Assembly (NCBI GenBank): GCA_013239625.1
Contig: MU053352.1
Location: forward strand, 567,079 to 631,078
Length of the DNA: 64,000 nucleotides
DNA from: Lama guanicoe
Lineage: Eukaryota
Direction: 5' to 3'
Part shown: one piece after another, positions 10,861 through 23,780 of the stretch
Layout of the letters: the number at the start of each line of letters is the position of its first letter
Position numbering within the stretch: the stretch's first letter is position 1
Translations under genes and position numbers: made by a program
The notes under the pieces: generated by a model
Seen by the model: the letters and a program-made list of their open reading frames with translations, nothing else
Told to the model about the DNA's origin: nothing
The model's database searches: none

Positions 10861-13184
10861 CCCCTACCCTATCCCCAACACCTGGATTTTTGCAAAAACC
10901 TCTAAGCCTCTATGTGAAATCCTGGGTGAGCTGCTGGGCTCTGGTGTGCGTGGGCGGAGGCTTTGGGCCCTCGGGGTGAGTGTTGGAGGGAAGGGCAGGC
11001 CTAGAAAATGGAGACCTTGTGACCGCCACAGTCTGCCAGCTGGGGCCACCCAGCGGGCAGGAAAAGCAGAGAACCTGGCCATGAACCAAGGACTTGACTG
11101 GAGACATTCTCGGTCCTGCCCCCACACAGCCCCCCTCCCCAGTCCCGGTCTCATCTATGGACAGGCAGGAACCATGACTAGGAAGCAGTCTGTCTCACAG
11201 CAGGAGGGGAACTAGGAAGCAAGTGCGACTCACCTGAGGCCTGGGCGGGAAGTGGGGGGCCCCTGCCCCCAATCCTGGCATCTCCTCTGCTCTTCAGGCC
11301 ATGGAGAGCAAAGCTACAGAACGTGGTGCACAAGGGCAGAGTGAATGGTCAGGGTGAAGGGCCTGAGCTTCGGCCGTCCAGCTCCACCATCTGCTCACTG
11401 CCAACCCTGGGCAAACCTCTGAGCCTCTGTTTCCTCACCTGCAAAACAGGTGGTGATGACTGAGGAGGCCTGAGGTAAATTCATGCACTGAGTCCTCTGT
11501 GCCTAATTCTCAGCTCAGCCTTGAGGGGGGTCCCGTTACTCCCCCTGCTGTGGATGAGCATGCGGGCTGAGAGGCAGAGGTGCCCCAACCCCGTCCACCC
11601 CTGCCCCCATCACTTAGGCAGAGCCAGGGTTCAAACTCAGCTCTGTCCTCTGACTCCAGGACCTCTGTTCCCAAGCTCCTAGTGTTTCCAAGTTCCCAGC
11701 GACAATGCCTCTGCATGCATGTAAAAAAATGCCCACTACTGTGCCTCGCTCGGAACAGGCTCTGCTCCCCCGCCAGGCCCCCAGGACAAGGGCCCGCACA
11801 GGACAGCAGAAGAAATTCCACAGGGAAGTTGGGGTCAGTGCCAGACGGAGTGCCCACAGAGTCTGACCCTCTGGGGTCCCGAGCCTCCCTGGGACCCACT
11901 GAATGAAGGTGTTCCTGGCACCAGCAGCCTGGTGGACTTGCTCCAGGCAGATCTGTCACACCGGGGAGCCCATCCAGCCACTGCCAGAGGGCCTGGGCCA
12001 AGACTGGGGCATTGGCCTCACCTCTCCACAGCAGGGATGAGGGAGGCCCTGTGGCACCAAGGGACCCCAGCACATGTGACCACAAAAGAAGTGTGACCAC
12101 TGATGGCCCAAAGTGGGTGGGGCCTGGGGGGCCTGTGTCCAGTCTCAGGAGATGGTTCCGAGATACTTTTTACAGTTATGGCAACTCTCCAACCCTTGGC
12201 ATCCCATGTGTGAAGTGGAGACGACAGGAGGGTTGTAATGAGGCTGATACATGCACACCGGGTGCTGGGCACAGAGCCGGGCTCCCCGTGGGTGTGAGTA
12301 AACTTCAGCCCCTTCCCTGGCCCCCCGTGCCTACTCTCTGCCTTTTTCCCTCAAAAGCCTCAGGTGGGGGACCCCAAAACTAACTGCACAACAGCTTGCC
12401 TCCTGAACTTCCCCAGCTCCAATCCCACATTTTCTGTCCACACTTTCAGACACCCGGAGCATAAGCCCCAACTTGTGCTCTTACTTTTCACGTATCAGAC
12501 CTTTATTTCTGCCAACCTGCAGTCACATCTTGTTCCTAACAACAATAACCATAAAAATAATGGCACTAAGGGCCAGGTGCACTTCTAAACACTTTATACT
12601 TATTAATTCTGTTTGCCCTCACAATGGCCCAAAGAGGTACACAAAATTCTCACAATTAAGCAACTTGCCCTAAGTACACGGCCTTAAGTGGTGCAGGGAG
12701 GACTCTAGCCCAGGCTCAGAGTCTGTGTCTTCTCTGTGACCCTGCGCTGGGGAGTGTCGGCTCTCAGACCCTCCCCTTGTCAGCACATCCCATCCAGTGC
12801 CTTAGAATACCCTCCCTGCAGGAAGGCTCTTCCTCCACAGCCGTGTGCATCAGAACCTTACCATTTTCATGGCCTTCTCTGCCGCTGCCCTCCTCCACCC
12901 CTTGCCTGGGCCATCACCCCTGGGCCCTGGCTCATGGTGGTCTCCAGAGCCAGCCACCCAGGCGCAGATCCCAGCACCACCTCTTTCTAACCAGGTGGCC
13001 TCTGGCAGATGCATCTGTTTCCTCGTGTGGAAAACAAGGGTAACAGTCCTATTCACACAGCTTCTGTGAGAATTACATAGGCTGGTTACCCATCAAGCAC
13101 ATTAGGAAACACTCAAAAAGCTCCCTTTTAGTTCACCTGAATTATTTTGTCCACCAGACTAAACCCGCACAAAAATGAGCAAGA

Positions 13185-13390
13185 GCAGGGAACAAGCAGA
13201 CTTTTTCTGTAAAGAACCAGAGGGGAAACATCTTCAGCTTCGTGAGCCACATGGTTGCCGTCACAGCTACTCCACTCTGCCACAGCCACTCCACTCTGCC
13301 ACAGCTACTCCACTCTGTCACAGCTACTCCACTCTGCCACTGTACAGGAGCAGCCGGGCCCAGATAACATGAAAACAGGATGGACCCAAG
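13185..13390. mobile_element. MER58-like hAT-Charlie MITE fragment
   Basis: ctttttctgtaaagaaccaga...cttcagctt...gccacatgg...cacagctactccactctgccactgta resembles the MER58 consensus. Confidence 0.7.
13262..13340. repeat. 19-bp minisatellite, 4 copies (cacagctactccactctgY)
   Basis: Units start at 13262, 13281, 13300 and 13319, each with 0-1 mismatch. Confidence 0.95.
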
Positions 13391-15048
13391 CGACTGTCGG
13401 CGCCTCTCCCTGCTCCAAGGGCATCAGTTCCCATCTGATTCTCTCCTGTTCCAAGTCAAAACCTGTGCCCTGAGCATACTGGGTGCCTGGGCGTCCACGC
13501 CAAGGAGCATGAACTCCACATGTGGCACGGCCTCTGTTTATTTTTTTTTTAAGCTTTTCTTTGGATGATGATAAACTATTTGATTTTTCATGTCATTTCT
13601 TCCACCTTTTTTTTTTCTTCTTCCACCTCTAAGTTCCTTATCTTCTGTTTACCTGAGGAACTCCTTATTCAAATGCTCAGCTCAGACAGCCCCTGGCCTG
13701 CAAAGCTTCCCCCGCCCCCACCAGGAGGGAGGCAGCTTTCACCCTCACATTGCTGCTCTGTGCCATGCACTGTGCCACAAGCTTCACGTGCATCAGCAAT
13801 CCTGTGGAATAGGTACTGTGTAATCTCACTGAGGCCCAGAGAGGTCAAGTAACTGCCAACGTCACACAGATGTCCTGACCAAGGATCCCAGGGCCCCATC
13901 ACCTTGTGCCATCTCCCTGTTCTGCACAAATTTCTACTTTCATGTCATCTTTTCACGGATCTACCTCCCCATATGAGGCCAGGTTTTTTGCAAACCGGCC
14001 TCATGCAGAGATAATTCATCTCTGTGTTGCCAACACCTAGAACAGCGCTCGGCACTTAACAGCTGCTGATTCCCTCATAGGTGTTCTGAGTGGGCTACAG
14101 TGTGCCAGGAAGGGCTGAATTCCTGCTCTCAAGGGACATACATATAAGCAAACAGCTGAACCACAAGAGAAAATGAGACATGAGAGGCAAGGGGAAATAA
14201 AATGCTCAGATGGTTTAGAGAAGGTCTGAGAAGGTGGTGGCATTAGAGTCAGACCCTGGAGCACACTTAGGACTCGGACGAGAAGGGATGGGTTTGGGGG
14301 AAGCAGGTGAGCTCAGAGAAGGGAGGACCTGGGCAAACTTGCTCTTGAAGTGCAAATACTAGCTGACAATCAAGGTGACAAGTACCTTCATGTCACCAAG
14401 GGAGAAAAGGGCCATTTAAGGCTGTGGAGGAGCTGCAGTGCGGAAGAGCTGGTCGGGGCAGCCACGCTCCCACGTGTGGGCCAGTCAGGGTGACTGAATA
14501 AAGACATCTTCCTAAGGGGAACCCTGTGGGCAGCTTCAAATAACAAAGCTGCCCTTGTTGAAATGATAACTTCCCCCATTTACTGAGCACATGTCTTCTG
14601 ATTCTCATGACTATGACCAGTACAGTCGTCTCCATTTCACAGATAAGAAAATCGAGGCTCATATATCTAGCACAGAATAAATAGCCCAAGATTTAGAGTC
14701 AGAGGACCTTGGTTCCAAGCCTCACTCTTAGTTTCCTGTACTGATGGCAGAACTTTTTTGGAAAATAATTTGTTAGAATTTATCAGGAGTCTAAAAATAT
14801 TCATATCCTTTAAACCAGAATCCTACTTGTAGGAAGCTATCTAACAAAGTAACACTAAAGAGCTTAGCATACAAAGATGTACGGAAAATGTGAAAGCAGC
14901 CTAAACAGCTGGTTAATATATAGCCATTTACAAATGATTACACAATGTTTAATGTCATAGAGGGAAACGTTTATATTAAAAGTGGTTATGAGAAAACAGC
15001 AGGTTATGAGAAAACAAAATTGCCTGGGTGTTAAGAGCTGAACAAGGT

Positions 15049-15681
15049 CCCACTCCTGGGCTTGTACCCAGAAGGAAATCTACTTCAGGATGACACCTGC
15101 ACCCCAATGTTCATAGCAGCACTATTTACAATAGCCAAAACATGGAAACAACCTAAATGTCCATCAACAGGTGACTGGATAAAGAAGATGTGGTATATTT
15201 ATACAATGGAATACTACTCAGCCATAAAAACCGACAACATAATGCCATTTGCAGCAACATGGATGCTCCTAGAAAATGTCATTCTAAGTGAAGTAAGCCA
15301 GAAAGAGAAAGAAAAATACCATATGAGATCGCTCATATGTGGAATCTAAAAAACAAAAACAAACAAACAAAAACAAACAAAAAGCATAAATACAGGACAG
15401 AAATAGACTCATGGACAGAGAATACAGACTTGTGGTTACTGGGGGGGCAGGGTAGAGGGTGGGAAGGGATAGACTGGGATTTCAAAATTGTAGAATAGAT
15501 AAACAAGATTACACTGTATAGCACAGGGAAATATACACAAAATGTTATGATAAATCACAGAGGAAAAAATGTGACAATGAGTGTGTATATGTCCATGAAT
15601 GACTGAAAAATTGTGCTGAACACTGGAATTTGACACAACACTGTAAAATGATTATGAATCAATAAAAAATGTAAAAAAAAA
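15049..15681 (+). mobile_element. Young 5'-truncated L1 (ORF2 C-terminus, 3' UTR and poly-A)
   Basis: Stop-free ORF2 tail DTCTPMFIAALFTIAKTWKQPKCPS...KMWYIYTMEYYSAIK (15062-15349); perfect 16-bp TSD aagagctgaacaaggt at 15033-15048 and 15682-15697; TT|AAGA endonuclease site. Confidence 0.97.
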
Positions 15682-16749
15682 AAGAGCTGAACAAGGTTAA
15701 AATGATGCATGGAAAAAAGACTGGAAGAAAATGCACTTGCAACCGGTTTATCAGGGTATCTCATCCTGTATAAATGGGTATCATTCCTTGTATTTTTCAG
15801 TGGCCGCCCTCAGGAGCACCATGTCAACCCCTCTTTCCTCACTGGATCGCTTAATAACAGATGCCACAGATCCTCCACTACTTCCAGAAACTACAGTGGT
15901 CTCCTTCTGGTAATGCAGGTTCATTTTAAAAGTTTACACAAATAAAAACACCGGCTTAAAAATGGCCATCTCAAGCTCCCCTTTGAAGCTCTTGCCCTGC
16001 CCCTCCCAGGGAAGCTGGATGTAGCCATGACCTGCTGGCTTGATTGGAGCATGGGGGGGGACCGGGTCGGTCCTCTCTGCAGGGGGCTGTAGGCAGGGAC
16101 GGGGGGGAGGGGCCCTGGGGAGGTGGCCAGTGGTCTCCAGGTCGGTTGACTGCAGCAACTCGAGACCGAGGCTGTTGTCTTCCTCTGTGGCCACATCCCC
16201 AAACCGGCTCTCTCATGCAGAACCTTTCTGAATCTCAGCTTCCTTATTGGTAAAATAAAGGAAAACACGCTGCCTGGGGTGTGTGGTGGACGTTCACAAG
16301 AGGACGTTCACAGGAACACTGTCAACCGTGAAGCACTGTGTAAATGTCATTAGCTATTGTCACTGTTCCTGTGAGGAGCTTGTTCTTTGAAATGTCTACT
16401 ATTAATTGAAGTGGATGCCTGCACTTAGAGAAGGTGAATTTTCCGTCAGACCTGTTCTCCAGCCCCACCCCCCACTCAGTAAAGGGCAGCACTTTCCCAG
16501 ATGACATGATGCAGGCCAGGCCTTCGGAGGCAGCCTGGGCTCTGTCCTCTCAGGCCATTGGCTGTACTTCCGTGTTTGGAACTACACTCACTACCCGTCA
16601 GTCGCTTCCTCACTCCTGCTACTGCCCCATCTGGACACCGCACCTCTCCCCCTCCTCCAACTGGTCCCCCTTCCCCACCCTCACCTCCTGGTCACCAGTC
16701 TCTGCTGGTGTTGGTTGGTTTCAGTTGCTTTTGGCTCCAAGCCCTCCAA

Positions 16750-17190
16750 TGTCTTCCATCTCACTCAAAGCGAATCCAAATCCCTCATCAAGGTGTACGA
16801 GGCCCACAGGACCTGGTCCACTGGTTCCCTCTCTGACCCTCCTTCCCTCACCCAGCTCCAGCCACAGCGGCCTCCTCGCGGTTTCCTACAAGCCAGACAT
16901 GCTCCAGCCTCAGGGCCTTTGTACCTACTCTAGTCCCCTGGACTGGAACATGCTTTCTGCAGACAGTCATGGGGCTTGCTCCTTCACCTCAACAGAGTGT
17001 CCTTCCCTGACCATCAAAATGAAAACAACGCATCCCTACCCTACCTCCTTCCCTTGATTCCTCTTCTTAGTACTTAGGACCCCTGACATATTAGCTATTC
17101 ATTTGTGTAAGGTCTGCCACCCCCATTAGAATGCAGGACATTGTCCACGGCATAGCCCACCACCTGGCAGATATTAACTCCTTCTAAACA
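16750..17190 (+). mobile_element. L2 fragment
   Basis: ctcagggcctttgtacct...ctggaacatgctttc...ttagaatgcagg, a degenerate L2 3' region. Confidence 0.55.
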
Positions 17191-19789
17191 TTTCATTATA
17201 AGGACGGTTTCAGTTACACCTGCCAAGTCCAATGGCAATTTTCGTGGCCTGGGGTTCTTCTGGATTGGGTTCCCTTCCTTGTGTCTCCGGGAAGCTCTAT
17301 GCCCTGAAAAGGAACAAAGCCTGTGCTCCACGTTCAGTTTAAGGCGGAATGTCCCTGGCTCTTGGGGTTTGGGGTTGGAGGGAAGAAGAGGGTCGCAGTG
17401 TCTGACCATCTTTAACCCCCTTCCTGGCGCCTGCAGCTGGCTGGTATCAGGTGAGACACATACTCCCACAGCCCACTTTCTGGGAGGTTGTGCTGTGGAA
17501 GACAGACACATGTAAATAACCAAGAAATGTGATCAAGGGGGTGGGCAGCTGTGGGGAATGTATCATCCTTACCAGAGGGTGGAGGGAGACACAAGTACCC
17601 AGAGCTCCACAGAGCCACTCCTGGTCTAAGAGCTGGGAGGTGGGGTCGTGTACCCAATGTACGACCAGGAACTCAGGGGACACCACCCTCCTGGCCTCAG
17701 CTTTCACGGAGGTCAAGTTCTGTCGCCTCTCTGCCTGTTGGGTGACTACATTTCAACCCAGGCTGCTTCGTCTTCAGGGGAGAAGAAATCTCCATTCTCA
17801 GTGTGGGGCCCCATCCCCTCACAATGACAGGCTCACTGACAGCCCACATGGTCACAATACTCATTGGCGCCCAGTGCTGGGGCCCCAACCCTGCCCTCCT
17901 GACTTTTGCTGGCAGTTGGCCACCTTCCTTGCCCCTTACCCAGAAAGCCGTACTTCCCAGAACTGTTTTCCACAAGCAGCTCCCTCCCTTCCTCCTCAGA
18001 CCTGCCCAGACTGGCCTGGGCACTTCGCAACAATGTTCTTTGCCTGCAGAAAGTGGCTCAGCTCCAATCCCTTCCCACCAGAGGCCCCTGCACGCAACTG
18101 CCGAGGAGCTGCCAGCAGGGGGAGCCAGGACAATTCAGATTCCACAGCGGGACAGGAGCCAGGGACAGGAGTCACACATGCCACTTCTCCAGGCTCAGGT
18201 CATTTTCTCCTCATCTAAGATATGCAAAACCTGGTGCTCTGTTCCAGCAACTGAGGGTGAGGTTCAGGGGAGTGGAAAGCCAGATGGAATCCACCTAGTC
18301 ATCAATGACTGATCAAGCACCTTCCAGTGCCAGGCTGGACGCTCACGCGGGCTCATTGCTGGCCGCAAACGTGAGAGTCAGGAGAACTGGAACTGGAGGT
18401 CCGGGCACTGGGACCACAGTGAGGGTACATGTCAGGCTCCCGGGACTCTGGGAGGAGGAGAGACCAATGAACAGAGTCTGAGGCCAGAAAATTCTTGTGC
18501 TTCTTCCAGCACAAAAACCCTGCCAGAGCAAGAATGCCGGGCTCAATAAAACAGCTAAAAGCAATCTAAATGAGAGCTCACATCCCCGCATCTGAGGGAG
18601 ACAGCTCTGGGAACAAGGAGAAAGTGAAAACTTGATCAATATCCCGATTTTGGTTCAAAATCCAGCGGGGAGACGAAAGAAGATTGGCCGAGGGTTGGTA
18701 ATTCCACAACATGTACCTGGTAACTATATTATTCTTAGAGAAAATTCCCACAGGGAACGTTCATATATATATCAACAATTTGGTCAATAATCGCTACAGA
18801 CAAGTTTCACAGGACGTACCCTGGTGCTTATGGGAGAAAACAGGGCATCTCTGCTCACCCAAAGTCCCCAAAGAGTTCGGGACACCCTGAAGCTGTAGAC
18901 ACTCCCTCCTGCCCCTTCCCTCCCACACCTGCTGCCAAAGCCCGTGGTCCTGACCCTTTATAAAGAGCAGCACGTGTGCAAGTGACACGTTGCTGTGGCG
19001 CCCGACCCACGTGGTTCACAAGAACAGGAAGAAGAAAGCCGAGACCTGCATCCGGTCTTCTGTTGCCCAGTAGGGAAGGAGTGTTTGGCGAGGATGGCAA
19101 GAAGGGAAGCCACGAAGTGAGGGGTGAATGAGGCTCCTGGCAGCACTGTGAGGTCACCGGGCCACCTTGAACAGGTCCCAACATCTCTGGGAGCGCCTCC
19201 TTTCTAAAGACAGGGACACATGAGGAAACAGCACCTGTAGGTGCTTGTTTGGGCAGCATGAGAGAAATCCAAAAGACAGGATGTTCCCCCATGTGTCTCC
19301 TCATCAGCGTGACATCTCAGGGATAGTAATTTACAAAAAAAAAAAACCCCAAGAACAAAGAGCAGATTGTAAGGCTGGTGCCACTCCTGAACTCTGGAGA
19401 GCTCTGGTTCAAGAAAATGGCTTTCTTAGGCTTCTACCCTAGAAATTCAATTCATGACTGACAGGAAGTGTTGGATCTGGGCTGAGACAGGTGGGAGTAG
19501 TTGGATCCGGGCTGGTGCTTGACAGCTAACGAGCCTCGACCCAGAAGAAACAGTACACACATGGCTATCTAAAACAGTAAAAACCAACCCACAAAACAGG
19601 GTGACATAAGAGCTTGACAAAACCAAGCACAGCTCTGTAAGGCAATAAAACAAATACTTCATAATTATTTTAAATGACAAGGGCACTGATTCCATCAGTG
19701 ATCCACACAGAAGCACATGCTCCAAAAAAAAGGAAAATACAAAATACTGATCACAATACCCAAGTGTACTACATATTGGAAGCATCTGG

Positions 19790-20530
19790 AGTAATAAAAG
19801 TAGAGCACTCACAAAGCTGTATTCATCAAAACAGTATGGTGCTGGCATAAACATATGTATCACTGATCAGAATTGAGACTCCAGAAATAAAATCATGCAT
19901 CAATGGTCATTTGGTTTTCGACAAGGGTACTAAGACCATTCAATGGGGGAAAGGATAGTCTTTCAACAAGTGGTGATAGGACAGCTGGATATATACATGC
20001 ACTATATGACACCAAAAGCACAGGCAACCAACGGAAAAAACAGATCAATTAGATTTCATCAAAATTTAAACTGCATCAAAGGACTATTAAGAACATGAAA
20101 ACACAACCCACAGATTAGAAGAAAATATCTCATATATCTGATAAAAGTCTAGCATCCAGAATATATAATTATTAAAATAAAGACAAACAACCCAATGGAA
20201 AAAATGGACAAAGGGCTGCAATAAACATTTCTCCAAAGAAGATAAACAAATGGCCAAAATGCACATGGAAAGATGTTCAACATCTTTTCATTGGTCATTA
20301 GGAAAGTGCAAATCAAGACCACAATGAGATACCATTTTCCCCCAGTAGGATGGCAATCATAAAAAAAGGCAGGGGGAGGATGAGTGTTAGCGAGGATGTG
20401 GAGATACTGGAACTCACATTGCCAGTGGGAATGCAGTGATGCAGCCACTGTGGAAAACAGTCTGGTGGTTCCTCAAATGGTTAAACAGAGTTACCCACAA
20501 TTCTACTCCCAGGTATACACTCTAGAAACG
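19790..20530 (+). mobile_element. Ancient L1M ORF2 fragments
   Basis: aaaacagtatggtgctggcat...gacaagggtactaagaccattcaatggggga...aaatcaagaccacaatgagataccatt; multiple stops and frameshifts. Confidence 0.85.
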
Positions 20531-23499
20531 GGATGCTTTCCCATAAGTCTGAGGACTTGTGAAGGTGACAGAGGGCCACTCAGTGTTGGAGAGGACAGGC
20601 TCCTAGAAAGTGGAAATGCTCTTCCATTGCCTGGGTAGCAACAGCCTGGCTGTGACGGGGCGGAATTTCTATTTCTGACGTCGTCAGGACAATAAGGGAG
20701 CTGCTGCCAATGCTGGGTAGAACTCAAGAACACTTAGCAGCGGTGGCTGACTTCCAGCTGAGCCATTAAGGTAAATGGAGAAGAAAGCAAGCACCAGGTG
20801 GAAGTATCGCTGGAAACTCACAGACACCCTGAGTGTTTGAAGCTGGTACTTAACCTGCTGTCACTGAAGTCAAGCCTTTTCTGACCTCCTAGAACTAGGC
20901 CGGGCACCCCACCATGAGCCCCATGATCCCTAGCAGTGACCTCTACTGTAGCATTTATTTCTACTCCTACTCCTGTTGGCTCTACCCCAAGACTGTGAGC
21001 TTCTCGAGAACAAGGACCTGGCAGGTCACTGCTGTGTCCGCAGGACTCAGCCTAGTGCCTGTCTGTGCCCAGCAGATGTGTAATAACCCCTTAATCAGTC
21101 ACCCTTTACTGTCTGTGTTACACTCTTTAACGCCTACTTATAAATGCCCTGTATTGTTTTAATTTCCTTATGTGTTAGCCTGGTCTTTATAATCAGGTCA
21201 TTAAGTTTCTGGAAGATAGCAAATATACTCAGGACTTCTAAGTCAGGTGACTGACACACTTATTAAAAACTAACACTTAGTCAGGGCTCAATGGATGTCA
21301 ACAAGCCAATGATGGAGGTACTATTTTAATCTCTCGCTCACTCCATATGAGAAAACTGAGTTACAATGAGTCAGTAGCTTCTATAAGATGACGCAACTAG
21401 GGAGTGACAGAGCTGGGATCTGAACCCTGACCTTGGTGCCTCTACTCCCAACCCCTACAAGAGGCTAAGAAAACTCGGAATTACAAACGCCAAGTGATTT
21501 ACTTGGGATCAAACTGCAGCGCTGAGCCTGGAAACCAGGCCTTCCCAAAGCCTGCACTCTTAATGATCTGACATGCTGCTTCTCTTGCTTAAACATCTGT
21601 GCTAACACCCAGATCGTACTGGGTGTTGACAGATTTTAAAAGCTGCAGATCCAGTTTACTGAGATTGAAGATTAGGTTCCCTTCCAAAAGAAGCATCATT
21701 ATAGTTCACTGGGTTGATTTACCTTAAACACCGACAGCCTAGGCTCGCCGGCCACCTGAGTTTGTGGTCTCTAGCGCTCTCTCTCCCTGCGACACGGAAG
21801 ACTGTTTCCCTCAACGTGAAACCCATGGTTTCCAAGGCTGGCCTCTAATTCAAAATCCGCTCCCACTCAGGAATTTATTTTTCCCTTTTTACCCCCCAAA
21901 CCAGTGATGTGATGTCCCCAAGTTCCCTGGGGACCCTCGTTTCCCCAATGTGGAATGTCTTGTTTCCGAAAGTAACCTGTGCTCCACAAGCCTTCCTGGC
22001 CGTTTTATTGTTTCCCCTTAAAAAATTACTATTCTGTGTAGGCTTATTAGACTCTCTTCCTTACATTCTCTGCTTTCTCTCTTTATTTCAAACATTTACT
22101 AAACACTTAACTATGTACCAAAATGGACATAATCTAACTCACTGAAGGCCATACTTTCAAAGAAATGGCCTTGGGAGTTTAGATATTTTGACTGGAGTAT
22201 GATTTCCTTCACAAAACTGTCCCCTGCTCAGTTTGCAATTTTACACCCAAATACCTCTCAGCAAAATCTCTGTGTCCACAGCACATCACACACCCAGAGC
22301 GTATCTGGAGTCATCACATTAGCTCTGACTCCAAAGATTTTTACCAACACCTCGGCCCTCTTGCTGACAAAAAAGATTCTTAAGCCTTTTAGCAGTTTTA
22401 TGGCTTCCTTAGAGTTCTTCTAAGTTCAAAACAAATCACCCATCTTTCTTGGGAAATGCTCTGGAGGCTATTTCCTGAGTTAACGGTACAGCTTTGTCTC
22501 TCTGGATTAGCACTGATTTAGTATGAAACCAATCGTTAAATAGCTCTGAAATCTTTAGTAAAATATGAGTACTGCATTTCACAACGTTGTCTTCAGGCTA
22601 GAAACCATCCAAAATGAGTATCTGGGCAGTGCTGTATCATATTATTGTTGCAGGAATCTTTCCAGAAGAAATCTGGTTTGGAGTAATTACAGGCCATAAA
22701 ATACGGCCACATCGCACGACTACATGAAGCAAAGTTCACATCTGGATACTAAGAAAAAAACCCAAAACATCATCAGTGATGATGACAGGCCCATCTCTGA
22801 ACTAAATCTCATTTCCCTCAGGAAGGAAGGGACTGAACCTATTATAACAGAATATGCCTTTGAAGGACTGAGAAACAAGTCCGTCATTCCCGGAAAAAAA
22901 AAAAAATAAAATCACGCTGATAAATGTCTTAGTTACAAGGGAGAAAAAGCAGAGATGACTAAGCTGAAAACAAGACTCCTCTGGCTTGTCTCACATCTCT
23001 TCTAGGCAGTGTGGTTCCTGATAATACACATGGCACAAAATACGGTCTTGCTGTATATCAAAGTGTGTAAGGTTGGGAAGACAACAGTTCTTTAAACAGA
23101 AAAATTACATGGTAACAGCAACAGGTAAGGAAGCTTTGGGCTTCTGAGGAGGAAGTTCTGGCAGCCTATACAGGCCCAACGGATAATCTGGGAGTGGTAC
23201 AAGTACTGGCCTGACTACAGCCGGTCTCTATTGCCATCAGGGGAAAAGTATAATCCAGCAGAAGCAGTCCTTCAGAGACTCAGGAGGGGCATTTCATCAG
23301 GGAGTAACTGAGCACTCACTGTACACAAAGGCTATAGATTAGATGCTAATCCCAAAGAAGCCCCTGCTCCTCTGAAATTAGACTGCATTCTCATCTCCTC
23401 AAGCCTATATATTTTACATAATGAAACAAAATCATACATCTCTTGCAGTGGTGGACAAGTATTAGGACCCGCAAGGAAAACGGTGCAGAGAACCCTTCC

Positions 23500-23780
23500 C
23501 CTTCAGCCTTTTGCCTGTGGAAACACCTTAGTGCAGTCTTTCTTCAGCCGGTGAAATATTGCCGTTACCCTCTCCCTCTTACGCTGTTTCACCTTTTTTC
23601 ATAACATGAAAGACCATCTGACATTTTATATATTTGTCATTAGTCTTTCCCAACTAGAATATAAGTACCATGAAGGAAGAGATTTCAACTATTTAGTTCA
23701 CAGATATATTCTCAGTATCTCTATATCCAGAACTATAGCTAGCATGTAGTAGGTGCTTAAAATTTTTGGAAAATTAGTAA
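23500..23780 (+). mobile_element. L2 3' fragment
   Basis: actagaatataagtaccatgaaggaagaga...gcatgtagtaggtgcttaa, an L2 3' end-like sequence. Confidence 0.55.

Noticed and set aside
11228..11236. Perfect minus-strand donor CAG|GTGAGT that could belong to a divergent lncRNA from the PIK3IP1 promoter
   Set aside because: A single 9-mer with no clear paired acceptor or other support
13262..13340. Regularly spaced repeats superficially like a CRISPR array
   Set aside because: Head-to-tail units with no unique spacers, inside a MER58 element in a mammalian genome
22768..22800. Inverted repeat catcatca-g-tgatgatg with C-box and D-box-like motifs
   Set aside because: C and D motifs are only ~20 nt apart, too short for a C/D snoRNA; no terminal stem
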